A stretch of 64,000 bases of DNA from Arcobacteraceae bacterium (GTDB taxonomy: Bacteria; Campylobacterota; Campylobacteria; Campylobacterales; Arcobacteraceae). The DNA lies in contig CBDCZH010000018.1 in assembly GCA_965224485.1 (NCBI GenBank), positions 43,603 to 107,602 on the forward strand, read 5' to 3'. A program made the translations under genes and the position numbers. A model generated the notes under the pieces. The model saw nothing but the letters and a program-made list of their open reading frames with translations. It did not search any database and was not told the origin of the DNA. Positions 1 to 10,154 of the stretch are shown here, one piece after another (the stretch's first letter is position 1; each line of letters begins with the position of its first letter).

Positions 1-866
1 TTTTTTAAATTTGGAAATTCATTATCTTCGGAAAAAAGAGATTTTTTATTATGTACTTGATTTAATTTTTTTAAAAAAAGTCTTGTTAATTCTTCTGGAA
101 CATCTTTTCTTGCTACTAAGGTTGCAGTAGTTGATAAAAGTTTAATATTTTCATCTGGCAAGTTTTTATATAAATCAATTGTTCCTTCATATAAGTCTAA
201 AGCATCTAAATAAGAGTACTTTTGACTATAAGCTTTGGCTCTTTTTACATTTAATACATTTACCTTAGGATTTTCAAGAAGTTCTTTTACAATTTTTGAC
301 TTATGTGAGGCTACTATAAACATAGCATCAATTTCGCCTTTTATTAAAAGCTCTTTTGCTTTCATATTATCATATGAAAGAATTGTTGAATTATTAGAAT
401 TAAGTCCATTATCATTTAAGATAATTTGGGACAGATATTTACTGCCACTTCCTTCTTTTCCCGTAGAAATCTTTTTTGAAATTAATTGAATCAAATAATC
501 CATTTTATACTTATCATTTTTATAAAATACCCATAAAGGTTCATAATATACATTTGCTAAGAAATCTAAGTTTGAAGTATTATCTAAAATACCATTTTGA
601 ACAAAAGCAAAATCAGCTTTTTTATCTTTTAGCAAAGCAATATTTTCAATTGAACCAGCACTTTTAAGAAGGGTAACTTTTATCTTGTCTTTTTCTAATA
701 AAGCCTTATAAATAAGAGCTGTTTTATAATAAGCACCATTTATTCCTCCTGTTGCTATAATAATCTCTTTTTTAGGAGCAGGTTGTATAAACTGAGCTGT
801 TATGTAAAACATTGCTATTCCTAGCAAAATTATTGGAAAACTTACTTTAAAGAAATTATTGTTCAT
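1..866 (-). CDS. TAXI-family TRAP transporter solute-binding subunit (3' end outside window)
   Basis: Hand translation from ATG at 866: MNNNFFKVSFPIILLG...IIIATGGINGAYY...SAGSIENIALL...DFAFVQNG...VYYEPLWVF...STGKEGSGS, which are TAXI motifs; frame is open to the window edge. Confidence 0.8.
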   Translation of the reverse strand, partial: MNNNFFKVSFPIILLGIAMFYITAQFIQPAPKKEIIIATGGINGAYYKTALIYKALLEKDKIKVTLLKSAGSIENIALLKDKKADFAFVQNGILDNTSNLDFLANVYYEPLWVFYKNDKYKMDYLIQLISKKISTGKEGSGSKYLSQIILNDNGLNSNNSTILSYDNMKAKELLIKGEIDAMFIVASHKSKIVKELLENPKVNVLNVKRAKAYSQKYSYLDALDLYEGTIDLYKNLPDENIKLLSTTATLVARKDVPEELTRLFLKKLNQVHNKKSLFSEDNEFPNLK

Positions 867-938
867 ATGGACTCTTTATTTTTTAATAATTTAAAATAAC
901 ATATTTTGTATAAAGACTAAGAACATTAATTTTTCTTA

Positions 939-953
939 TGATAATAGTTATTA
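939..953. promoter_or_regulatory. Fur-box-like site
   Basis: TGATAAT-A-GTTATTA, 7-1-7 imperfect palindrome in the divergent TAXI/regulator intergenic region. Confidence 0.4.
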
Positions 954-980
954 AAATTGATATTTAATGTATAATACAAG

Positions 981-1667
981 ATGTTAAAAAAAGAATTTGA
1001 AAATATCAAAATATTGTATGTGGAAGATGAAGATTATATTAGAAAAAATGCTGTTTCATATTTAAAAAGATTGTTTAAAGAAGTTTATGAGGCTAAAGAT
1101 GGATATGAAGCTTTAGCGCTAATAGAGTCAGAAAAACCACATATTATAATAACAGATATAAAGATGCCAAGAATGTCTGGTATTGAATTAGTTAAAAAAA
1201 TAAGAGAAACAAATAAAGATGTTCAAATTATCATGATAACAGCTTTTACAGATACTTCTTATTTAATATCAGCTGTTGAATTAGGTTTAGTTAAATATTT
1301 AGTAAAACCAATTATGCATGATAAACTTTTTCCTATTTTACAAATATGTGCAAAAAGTATTAAGGAAGATGTTTCTGCTTTAGTTTATATCTCTTCTACT
1401 TGTATTTATGATAATTTTAATAAAACTTTAGAGCAAAATAAACAAATAATCAAATTAAGTAAAAATGAATTAAAATTACTTGATTTATTATGTTTAAATA
1501 AAAATAGAGTTACTTCTTACGAAGAAATTCAAAATAAAATATGGTATTACGCTTTCATGAGTGAAGATGCTCTGCGTTCACTTATACGAAATTTAAGAAA
1601 AAAACTACCAAAATACTCATTAGAAAATATTTCAAAATTAGGTTATAAGTTAGTACTAAAGTGTTGA
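981..1667 (+). CDS. OmpR-family two-component response regulator
   Basis: Receiver domain (YVEDE, ITDIKMP, KP) plus winged-helix C-terminus (LRSLIRNLRKKL...GYKL). Confidence 0.93.
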   Translation: MLKKEFENIKILYVEDEDYIRKNAVSYLKRLFKEVYEAKDGYEALALIESEKPHIIITDIKMPRMSGIELVKKIRETNKDVQIIMITAFTDTSYLISAVELGLVKYLVKPIMHDKLFPILQICAKSIKEDVSALVYISSTCIYDNFNKTLEQNKQIIKLSKNELKLLDLLCLNKNRVTSYEEIQNKIWYYAFMSEDALRSLIRNLRKKLPKYSLENISKLGYKLVLKC

Positions 1668-3378
1668 CGGTATATTTTCCTTATAATCATACTAAGTCTT
1701 TCCTTGCAAGCTAGTTTATTAATCAAATCTTCTAATTAATGAAATCTCTATTTCTTCTTTTGGTGTATACAAGAATATAAAAGATTATGACTTAGATAAA
1801 GTTCGTTTTAAAAAGTTTTTTATAAAACTTGAGGTAAATAGAGAATTTCTTTCTTCTGATACGTATTATATACAAGTTAGATGTGATATAAATACTCTTA
1901 GGTCTTCAAATGTTTTTTATAAAAAGTCTTTAAATTATGTACTTATAAAAGTAGATAAGAACTCACCTTCAAATATAATATTAGAATTTGAATATAAGAA
2001 GGAAAAAGCTCTAGGAATTAGATTATCTGTTCATAATACTTTTATATATAAATATCTTCTTCCAAACGAAGGTAATACTTTTTGGATGGTCTTATGGAAT
2101 TATATTTTGTGCTTTTTTATACAATTTAATTTTATATATTTATGCAAGACAAAAGGTATTTTTATATTATTCTTTAAATGCAAATTTCTCTTTTATGTAT
2201 TCTAGTGATGATAGTTTCTGTATTAGATAAAAATAGTGTAAGTGATATGTTTAAAGCATCTTTAGAGTTCTTAGAAAGTTTATGTATGTTATTTATTATA
2301 TTATTTTCAAAAGAAATTCTAAATATTAAGAAGTTAATGGAAAAATATAAATAAATTATACTCCCTTTTTAATATATATAAATATTGTTGATTTGATTTT
2401 TATTCTTATTTTTCACGAATCTTTATTATATGAATATGTAACAAAATCTCTCTTTGCTGGTATTTTTGTCCTTAGTGGAATAATTTCTTTACTAAAAGGA
2501 CGTAGAGTTGCTTTATATTACATACTTGCCTTGGGTAGTTCTTTTTTTCTCACTATTTATAGCAGAACAAGATTTAGTGCAACTTTCAGAAATCTACATT
2601 ATACATATAGGTTTTCCTTTGGAGTCATTAATTTTATCTTTTGCTCTTGGTTATAAACTAAAGTTAAATTTAAAAGAAAAAGAGCAAAATGACCAAATTT
2701 TAATACATCAAAGTAAATTAGCTTCCATGGGTGAGATGATTAATAATATAGCTCATCAATGGAGACAGCCTTTAACTCATTTATCTTATATTAATATGAA
2801 CCTAGCTTTAGCTTATGAGGATAATGATTTTGATAAAAAGTATTTAAACAAGAAATTAAAAGAATCAAATTCTCAAATAGATTTTATGTCACAAACAATA
2901 GATTAACTTTAGAGACTTTTATAAACCAAGGAAAGTAAAAGAGTTATTTTATATCTCAAGTGCAAGTGTAAAAGCCTTAGATATTATTAAACCTTCTTTA
3001 TATAATGCAAATATTAAAATTGATCTAAATATCATAAGCGATAAAGAAATTAGAGCTTATGAAAATGAATATTCTCAAGTTGTTCTAAATCTTTTAACAA
3101 ATGCAAAAGATGCTTTAGTTCAAAGAAATATTAAAAATCCTAAAATAAGTATTATTATAAAAGAAGAAAATAAAAAGTCTATTCTTTATATTAAAGATAA
3201 TGCAAAAGGAATAAAAAAAGAAAATATTAAAAAAATCTTTGAACCATATTTTACAACTAAAAAGAAAAGTTCAGGTATTGGTTTATATATGTCTAAAACT
3301 ATTATAGAATCGCATTTTAATGGGGATATAAGTGTTAAAAATGATTCAGAAGGTGCTTGTTTTAGGCTTGAGGTTTAA
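1661..3378 (+). pseudogene. Membrane sensor histidine kinase (7TM-DISM-like), broken by several indels
   Basis: H-box MGEMINNIAHQWRQPL; after a frameshift near 2903, N-box VLNLLTNAKDA, DNAKGI, IFEPYFTTK, GIGLYMS, stop at 3378; several upstream frameshifts (real decay or sequencing error); start approximate. Confidence 0.8.
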
Positions 3379-3981
3379 TAAGCTTAAAATAGTAGTATAT
3401 ATGTCATTTTGTGAATAGTTAAATCTAAATTGTGATTCTTTTAATTGTATTTCAAAAGTTATCTTATTTAAACCTCTGAATTTTTTTAATCTTTTATTAA
3501 TAAAATCTTCTAAATCATTTGTTGATTTTAAAAACTTTGTTAACAAAAAACTTTTTTTAGTTTTATTAAAAAGAACCTTTGCACTTTTGTTTTTTTGATT
3601 TTTTATAAATGTTTCTTCTAGTTCATTTTTAATAAAACTATTTATATTTGGAAAAATTTCATTATGTAAATCAAGAAAACAAACTTTTTTATTACACTCA
3701 ACAAAATATTTTAAATCAAAGTTAGTTTTTATATATTTTATATTGAAGCTTTCATTACAATAGTTATTGTTTTTAAAAAAAACGATTAATTCTTCTTGTT
3801 TTTGAAGAAGTAAAATTCTAATAATTTTATAATAGTTATTAATAGTTTGTCTGCTTAAGTTAAGTTCTTTTGCTGTTTGGCTTGCAGTATAATCTTTAGA
3901 AAAATAATAAGAGATTTTTTCTAATATTCCATTTTGTATTTTTGTATTTTTTAAATAATTAAATATTTCATCTTGTTGCAT
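3346..3981 (-). CDS. IS1595-transposase-derived HTH protein lacking a recognisable DDE core
   Basis: N-terminal YFSKDYTASQTAKELNLSRQTINNYY and C-terminal RLKKFRGL...QLKESQFRFN match IS1595-family termini; no DESYFG or SDGW motifs. Confidence 0.6.
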   Translation of the reverse strand: MQQDEIFNYLKNTKIQNGILEKISYYFSKDYTASQTAKELNLSRQTINNYYKIIRILLLQKQEELIVFFKNNNYCNESFNIKYIKTNFDLKYFVECNKKVCFLDLHNEIFPNINSFIKNELEETFIKNQKNKSAKVLFNKTKKSFLLTKFLKSTNDLEDFINKRLKKFRGLNKITFEIQLKESQFRFNYSQNDIYTTILSLLNLKPKTSTF

Positions 3982-4042
3982 AAAGCAGTATAGTAAAAAA
4001 AAATGTACGAAAACGGGCAAAAAAAGAAAATTGTAAAATTTA

Positions 4043-4057
4043 TAATAATCATTATTA
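4043..4057. promoter_or_regulatory. Fur-box-like site
   Basis: Perfect 7-1-7 palindrome TAATAAT-C-ATTATTA. Confidence 0.5.
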
Positions 4058-4066
4058 GTTTAGGTA

Positions 4067-5248
4067 TTAAATCTTAATACCCAAACTTTTTGCTATTTGT
4101 TTAGCTCTGCTTTTTTCGTATTTATTTAAAGATGCTAGATGTAAATATTTTTTACTATCTTTTTTATTTTCTAACTCATGAGAACATAAAGCCATTAATG
4201 TAAACTTCTTCCCTTCTTCTTTACTATGCTTTGAAAACTTATTACTTTTTAATACTTTGATTGTTTCTTTGTAATCTAGTTTGTTATAATATAAATTTGC
4301 TAAAAGAAGTGAAAATTTTGGTTTTTTTAGAAACTTTGAACTTTTTAATACGTTAATAGCATCATCAATTTGTCTTGCATTTAAATAAGAAGAAACTAAA
4401 GTTTCAAGTATTTTTCTATCTTTTTTAATTAGTTTCTTTTTTAAAGCATCACTAATAACAATAGCAGCCTTATTATATAAGTTATTTTGTAATAATACAT
4501 TTGCAAAATATAAGGTATGTTTGGATCTTTTTAAGCCATTTTTCTTATAGGCTAATTCAAATGTTGCTAAAGATTTTTTATAATCTTTATTTTCTTGGTA
4601 TAAAGAAATAAGTTGCAACCAATAATTCTCATTTTTATGCCAAGTTTTAAGCATAATTTTTAAAGTGCTAATAGCTTTTTTGTAATTCCGTAACTGAATA
4701 TAAGAAGAATATAAAATTTGATATAAAGATTCTGCTGGTTTTTTTATATCTTTAAATAAAGTATTTATATAAAAAATACTATTTTTAAAATCATCTTTAT
4801 AATAAGATGAGTAAATTAAGTTTTCATAAACACTTTGTTTATTAACTGCCTTACTAAGCAATAACTCTTTTGATAAGATAATACATTCTTTATATTTTTC
4901 TAAAGATAAATAAATTCTAGATAAGGAGTATTTTATTTTATCTATATTATCTTCTTCAAAAGCTTTCAACTTTATTATCTTTTCGTAATAAGAACTAGCT
5001 TTTTTATAATTATTTTTCTCAATAAATATATTTGCTGCATATTGTAAAGCATAAGATTTTTCATAATCATTTTTATTAGAATTAATAACAGTTTTTAAAA
5101 GTTTAAGAGAAGAGTTATACTCTTTTTTTAATAAAAACTCTTGAGACTTATTTAATGTCTCAAAAACAGATTTTGACATAGTGCCTTTTGTTTTTTTTGC
5201 TTGAAGTAGGGATAAGGTAATACATAAGATAATTAATATTTTTTTCAT
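4067..5248 (-). CDS. TPR protein of the TonB2 system (TtpD-like)
   Basis: Signal peptide, TPR-like helical repeats, last gene of the ttpC-exbB-exbD-tonB operon. Confidence 0.75.
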   Translation of the reverse strand: MKKILIILCITLSLLQAKKTKGTMSKSVFETLNKSQEFLLKKEYNSSLKLLKTVINSNKNDYEKSYALQYAANIFIEKNNYKKASSYYEKIIKLKAFEEDNIDKIKYSLSRIYLSLEKYKECIILSKELLLSKAVNKQSVYENLIYSSYYKDDFKNSIFYINTLFKDIKKPAESLYQILYSSYIQLRNYKKAISTLKIMLKTWHKNENYWLQLISLYQENKDYKKSLATFELAYKKNGLKRSKHTLYFANVLLQNNLYNKAAIVISDALKKKLIKKDRKILETLVSSYLNARQIDDAINVLKSSKFLKKPKFSLLLANLYYNKLDYKETIKVLKSNKFSKHSKEEGKKFTLMALCSHELENKKDSKKYLHLASLNKYEKSRAKQIAKSLGIKI

Positions 5249-5848
5249 TTGGCTAACCTAAAATTGAATGTAATTGTTGCATCTTTAGCTTCTTTAATTG
5301 CTTTAAAATGCCATTTTTTTAATAGCTTGAAGAGAAGATTTCTCAAAAATTCCCTTAGGCTTTGAGTCTAGGACTCTAGCATTACTCACTGTTCCATCTT
5401 TATTAATTGTAAATACAAGTTGAACAAAACCAGATAACTTTCTTATTTTAGCTTTTCTTGGGTATCTTGGATTTCTTTTAACACTAGCTATTAACATTCT
5501 AGCATCAAGTAATTCCCTACCTATAGCTATTTTTGCCCCACTTAAAGAAGAAATAGAAGAGATATTAATCTTTCTTTGTTGAATATTTAAGGGCTGTATT
5601 TTGATCTTTTTATCAATTCTTGTATTTAGTCTTGTTTGTTTAAGTTCGATTTGTTTAGGAGGTTCTTTTGGTTTGATTCTAGATTTTTTCTTAATAATAC
5701 TCTCTTTTTTATCTCTTAAATAAACCATATGAGGCGTACTTTTTACTTTAGCTTCAAGATTATTGTTTAAAGAAATCATTTGTTCCATGCCAAAAAATAT
5801 GAACATAGTAACTATAATAGAAGCAAAAAATGCAAAAAATAATCTCAT
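5245..5848 (-). CDS. tonB: Energy transducer TonB (apparent extra A in an A7 run near the 3' end)
   Basis: N-terminal TM, PKEPP, PRYPRKA...GFVQLVFTI...G.V; removing one A near 5314-5320 gives KKWHFKAIKEAKDATITFNFRLAK* overlapping the next ATG (ATGA). Confidence 0.88.
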
Positions 5849-5849
5849 T

Positions 5850-6254
5850 TTAATTCTTTATTGTTGATATAGAAATATTAGTAATACCAGCTAGTCTTAC
5901 TTGATCCATAACTTTAACTAAGGTTCCTGTTTTTGCGTCTTTATCTGATTGAATTACAATAGAATTTTGAGAATTACTTGCTTTTAATCTTTCAATATTA
6001 GCTCTTATTGCTCTTACATCTACCATTCTTTTATCAATCCATATTTCATTGTCATTTCTAATTGCAATGATAATATTGGCCTTAGGTTTTTGCTTACTTG
6101 TTGAGGCACTTGGTCTATTTACTTCAATACCACTTTCTTTAACAAAAGAAGTTGTAACTATAAAAAATATAAGCATAATAAACACTACATCTAACATCGG
6201 AGTTAGATTTATTTCTGTTTCTTCTTTGTACTGTTTGTGTGAAAATCTTTTCAT
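5850..6254 (-). CDS. exbD: Biopolymer transport protein ExbD
   Basis: EINLTPMLDVVFIMLIFFIVTTSF motif. Confidence 0.95.
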   Translation of the reverse strand: MKRFSHKQYKEETEINLTPMLDVVFIMLIFFIVTTSFVKESGIEVNRPSASTSKQKPKANIIIAIRNDNEIWIDKRMVDVRAIRANIERLKASNSQNSIVIQSDKDAKTGTLVKVMDQVRLAGITNISISTIKN

Positions 6255-6772
6255 GCTAAAACCTTTGAAATCTCTAAATGTAATTTTTGAGTTTGATATC
6301 TAATTGATAACTCTAATTTTTTTTCAAATAAAATACCACTTAGGGCAACTACCATTCCAGCCATTGTTGGAATAGTAGCCATTGAAACACCATTAGCCAT
6401 TGATTTTACATTACTTGTTCCTGCAATTGCCATAACATCAAAAACTTCAATCATTCCTGTTACTGTTCCTAAAAGACCAACTAAGGGGCAAACTATAATA
6501 AGAGTTTTAATAAAAGAAAGTCCAACTTTTAATCTTGAACTTGCGTCTTCCACAAAATAAGCTATGATTTCATTTATGAATCTTTTATTATAATTATGTT
6601 CTTTTATATCACTTAATAAATCTTTTTTGTATTTTTTATAGCCATAATAGACATAAATATATCTATCAATAAGTAAAGTCCATAAAAAAATAGCAATAGC
6701 GAAAACCAGATATAAAACTATTCCACCTTTATTAAAGAATTCACCTAAGTTATCTATATATAAGTCAATCAT
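6251..6772 (-). CDS. exbB: MotA/TolQ/ExbB proton channel protein
   Basis: PLVGLLGTVTGMIEVF, GVSMATIPTMAG. Confidence 0.92.
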   Translation of the reverse strand: MIDLYIDNLGEFFNKGGIVLYLVFAIAIFLWTLLIDRYIYVYYGYKKYKKDLLSDIKEHNYNKRFINEIIAYFVEDASSRLKVGLSFIKTLIIVCPLVGLLGTVTGMIEVFDVMAIAGTSNVKSMANGVSMATIPTMAGMVVALSGILFEKKLELSIRYQTQKLHLEISKVLA

Positions 6773-8088
6773 TTTGACTCAAGATTTCTTGCTAACATTC
6801 CAATACTTTGTTCTTCTAAAATAGAAACAATTGCTTCTGCTTTTGATGAAATATATGTATATGAAAAAAGCAAAGGAATAGCTGTTACTAAACCTAAAAC
6901 AGTAGTAATTAAAGCAGTTGAAATACCACCTGCCATAAGTTTTGGATCACCTGTTCCAAATAGTGTAATAGCTTGGAACGTTGCAATCATACCTGTTACA
7001 GTACCTAATAAACCCAATAATGGAGTTACTGCTGATAAAAGTTTTACAAAACTCTGACCTTTTTTAATTTGATTTATTTCTCTTAGAATTACTTCACTTA
7101 CTTTTGTTTCTAAATCAAGAGTACTTCTATGTTGGTTTTTATAAAAAACATCTGCAATTTTTCCTAAAGAGTTATCATCAGTAGGACTTTTAATATTTAA
7201 CATTTGTTTGTTTATTTTAACTTGAGCTAGATTTAAAATAAGCATTTTATAAAAAGCAACTAATAATCCAAGTGCTCCTAAGAATATAATAATATACCCA
7301 ACAATTCCACCTTGATTTATTCTATCAAGTAAAGAAGGTCTATTATTTAACATTTCAAATAAAGTTCCTCTTGTTGGATCTATTAATATATTTTTTATTT
7401 CATTAGTACTGTCTTGAAACTCTTGTGCTAAATCTTGTCTTGCTCCACTTGGTTGTGTTGATAATTCAATTAGTGAATTCATATCTTTGGAATATTCTAA
7501 ATAATTACCATTGGAAACAGCAGAGAAAAGCCCAATTCTTGTAACTTCTTGATTTACTTTTTCACCAGAGTGTAAAATAATACTAGCAGTATAAGAAGTA
7601 ATATTCCCACTTTGTGCAATTTCTTCTAACATAGCATGCCAAAAACTTTTTAGTTTTTCTAAGTTCGGTAGTTTTTGTGAATTTGCAAACTCTTTAAATA
7701 AAGTAAGTTTTGAAGGAAATTCAGAAGCTGTTAATGAGTGTTGAAAATTAATAGAAAAATCAGATGATGTTTGTCTAACACTTCCAAACATTTCCCCTAA
7801 GTCACCCATTTTAAGAGCTAACTCGGCTTCTTTAATAGCTAATAGTTTTTCATTGTTTTCAATAATAGTTTTTAATGTTAGACTTCTTTTATTTTGTACT
7901 GCTAACTTATTCTTTTCTTTTGCAAGAAGTATCTTTTGTTCTTGTTTATTTTCAATAAAAGTACTAATTCTTTTCTTTTCTAATACTAATTCTTCTTTTG
8001 CATCATGTTTAATATCTTCTAATAAATGTTCAAGATTCAAAGCAAAAATAGTATTAAAGCTAAGAATTAAAAGTAATATATATCTCAT
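6769..8088 (-). CDS. ttpC: TtpC-like long MotA/TolQ/ExbB protein
   Basis: Periplasmic coiled-coil N-terminus (LGEMFG, VTRIGLF, IDPTRG) plus ExbB domain (PLLGLLGTVTGMI...LFGTGDPKLMAGGISTAL). Confidence 0.85.
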   Translation of the reverse strand: MRYILLLILSFNTIFALNLEHLLEDIKHDAKEELVLEKKRISTFIENKQEQKILLAKEKNKLAVQNKRSLTLKTIIENNEKLLAIKEAELALKMGDLGEMFGSVRQTSSDFSINFQHSLTASEFPSKLTLFKEFANSQKLPNLEKLKSFWHAMLEEIAQSGNITSYTASIILHSGEKVNQEVTRIGLFSAVSNGNYLEYSKDMNSLIELSTQPSGARQDLAQEFQDSTNEIKNILIDPTRGTLFEMLNNRPSLLDRINQGGIVGYIIIFLGALGLLVAFYKMLILNLAQVKINKQMLNIKSPTDDNSLGKIADVFYKNQHRSTLDLETKVSEVILREINQIKKGQSFVKLLSAVTPLLGLLGTVTGMIATFQAITLFGTGDPKLMAGGISTALITTVLGLVTAIPLLFSYTYISSKAEAIVSILEEQSIGMLARNLESK

Positions 8089-8836
8089 TATTTTATGTCC
8101 TTTGTACTTAAAAATGGAAGTTCTAAAAAGTTAACATTTTGTTGTTTTTTAGCTATTTTAATACCTTTTCTTATATTAGCCTGAGCCGTACTATTTTCGA
8201 TACTTTCCCATTTAGATTCTTTTTTATTCCAATATCCATATTGTGAATAATCTAAACTTTGAAAATATAAACCAACTCTTCCAATTCGTAAAAAGTTAAA
8301 GGTTTTATTATCTAAACTATCTTGATATGTTTCAATATTTTTTGCATAATCATATTCTATTTTAAAAGCTTCTAAAATAATTCTATATTTCTCATGAGTT
8401 TTAATATCAGCTCTATTAATCATTTTTTCCAATTTTAAAATACGAGCTTTTCTCTCACTTAGTAAAAAAGGAGCATCTAGTTGAACTATTTATCTAGACT
8501 TTTAATCATATTATTCATTAATGGAAAAATATTTTTTTGTGTTTCTTCTATTTCAATTAGTTGTTGGTTAATTTCTTTTATCTCTTTATTTTGAGAAGTG
8601 ATAACTTCTTGTAGTTGTTTATTATAAGCTTTTGTATTTTTAATCTCTTGGTTTACATACTTATATTTTGATACCAGTACATTTGTTTGGTCATCAATTT
8701 TGTCGATTTTTTTTTGGTAAGTGTCTAGGGTCGTATTAGTTTTTTCTATAAGATTGATAGATTTATCAATATTGTTATTAGCAAAACAAGTTGCATAAAA
8801 ACAAATTAGAATAGTTAGTATTCTTGGTAAAAACAT
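8088..8836 (-). CDS. DUF3450 family protein (TtpB-like), split by one missing A near 8489
   Basis: Adding one A joins the two ORFs (SLDKIVQLDAPFLLSERKARILKLEKM); EKYRIILEA, FLRIGRVGLYFQSLD motifs. Confidence 0.82.
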
Positions 8837-8861
8837 TATTTATTTCCTTTAAAATATTTTA

Positions 8862-8925
8862 TGATAATAATAATCAAAATATACTAAGATAAAACTTATA
8901 CGAAAAGCAAACATGACAAGCAGAA
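8862..8925 (-). promoter_or_regulatory. Promoter with ATTCTGCTTGTCATG motif and Fur box
   Basis: Fur-like TGATAAT-A-ATAATCA at 8862-8876; GACAAGCA (plus strand) begins at 8915, 38 nt away; same layout at 19272 and 21672. Confidence 0.65.
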
Positions 8926-8976
8926 TGTAAATACTAGTAATTATTTTTTGATTTCAAGTTCTAATATTAATAATTA

Positions 8977-9025
8977 TGATAATTATTCTCTACTAATAAG
9001 ACGTGAAAATATTAAAAAACGGACA
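8977..9025 (-). promoter_or_regulatory. Putative ECF-sigma promoter TGTCCG-N16-CGT followed by a Fur box
   Basis: -35-like element 9020-9025, CGT 9001-9003, Fur-like 8977-8991; same layout at 12551-12600. Confidence 0.65.
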
Positions 9026-9052
9026 AAAATATAAATATTCTTTGAAATTTGT

Positions 9053-9091
9053 AAATATTTCACTACTTAAGTTATCTTAGTAGTGAATATT
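9053..9091 (-). terminator. Hairpin terminator after PepSY gene
   Basis: AAATATTTCACTACT...AGTAGTGAATATTT inverted repeat just after the stop. Confidence 0.55.
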
Positions 9092-9095
9092 TAAT

Positions 9096-10151
9096 TTAAT
9101 TAAGAGTTTTATTTCTTTTTTTATACATTAGACTAAGTCCTGAGATACTCAATAATAATGGACTTAAAGCAAGTAAGAACCAAATGAATTTAGTAAATTC
9201 ATTATAATAACCGTAGTGTACTTTTCTAAATGTATTAAAGAATCTCTTCTTCAAGTCTTGCTCTTTAATTTTAAAAGTTGATACTAATTCCCCCGTATGT
9301 TTATCAAATCTAACTATGTTTGCATATTGATCATATAAAATATTATCATTAGTCAGTTTTGCGTAAAAAGAGATGGGCCATTTTTCTTTATATGGAAAAC
9401 TTATATAGTGTAGAGTATTTTCTCCCAGCTGTATATTTACTTGTTTATATAACGCATCTAAGGATATGTTTGCATTGTATAAATTTGGCTTAACAATATA
9501 TCTAGGTTCTTTCTTAAAAGTATCTAAAGAAGAATTAACAGACCAATACGTACCAATACTTACAATAATAAGTAAAATTGGGGATGAAATTATACCAATA
9601 GTTTTATGGAAACTACTAAAATATATCTTAGTCTTTTTATTAAAATTTAATTTAAAAAAGTTTTTCCAAAAGTTTTTATATATGATAATTCCACTTAGGG
9701 CAACAAGGCAAAAGATAAAACCTATAATGCTAAGGATAAAAGTTCCATATTTTTTTAAAAACAAACTTGTATGTAATTCATCAATAAAACCAGTAAAATA
9801 CTTATTTCTTTCTTTCATTGTATTTAATAAAGTACCAGTATACTGGTTAATATAAAGAAGATTCTTTTCTTTTTCATTATGTTTGATTAAATATATTTGA
9901 TGGGCTAATGTATCATCTTCTGGTAATAACCACCCAACTATTTCATAGTTGGGATAATTCTTATTTATTTTTTCTTTTAAAATATCCAAAGATATACTTC
10001 TTTCTTTTTTTACACTAAGAGCATTTGATAAAGAAAGATTATCTATTTCATATTTATATACTAAAATAGCCCCAGTTAATGAAACTACTATAATAGGAAT
10101 AAATATGAGAAAAGATAAGTATTTATGTATACGTAGAGCTATTTTTCTCAT
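9096..10151 (-). CDS. PepSY-associated TM helix protein (putative ferric-siderophore reductase)
   Basis: IHKYLS, SLTGAILVY, ELHTSL, FHKTIG, VHYG histidine-bearing TM motifs; directly downstream of a receptor. Confidence 0.88.
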   Translation of the reverse strand: MRKIALRIHKYLSFLIFIPIIVVSLTGAILVYKYEIDNLSLSNALSVKKERSISLDILKEKINKNYPNYEIVGWLLPEDDTLAHQIYLIKHNEKEKNLLYINQYTGTLLNTMKERNKYFTGFIDELHTSLFLKKYGTFILSIIGFIFCLVALSGIIIYKNFWKNFFKLNFNKKTKIYFSSFHKTIGIISSPILLIIVSIGTYWSVNSSLDTFKKEPRYIVKPNLYNANISLDALYKQVNIQLGENTLHYISFPYKEKWPISFYAKLTNDNILYDQYANIVRFDKHTGELVSTFKIKEQDLKKRFFNTFRKVHYGYYNEFTKFIWFLLALSPLLLSISGLSLMYKKRNKTLN

Positions 10152-10154
10152 ATT

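Noticed and set aside
235..667. Plus-strand ORFs 235-489 and 476-667 and other short antisense ORFs (e.g. 6049, 7853, 9466, 15660, 39522, 43001)
   Set aside because: They are shadows of well-supported genes on the opposite strand or in another frame
3346..3981. Active IS1595 insertion sequence
   Set aside because: No DDE motifs, terminal inverted repeats or target duplication are visible
4010..4022. Third ECF promoter (TGCCCGTTTT on the minus strand)
   Set aside because: The -35-like element is present but there is no CGT at 16 nt spacing; a sigma70-type TATACT explains the downstream gene
5303..8490. Phase variation or programmed frameshifting in the TonB2 operon
   Set aside because: The runs are short A tracts rather than long poly-G/C, and similar indels occur in unrelated genes, so sequencing error is more parsimonious
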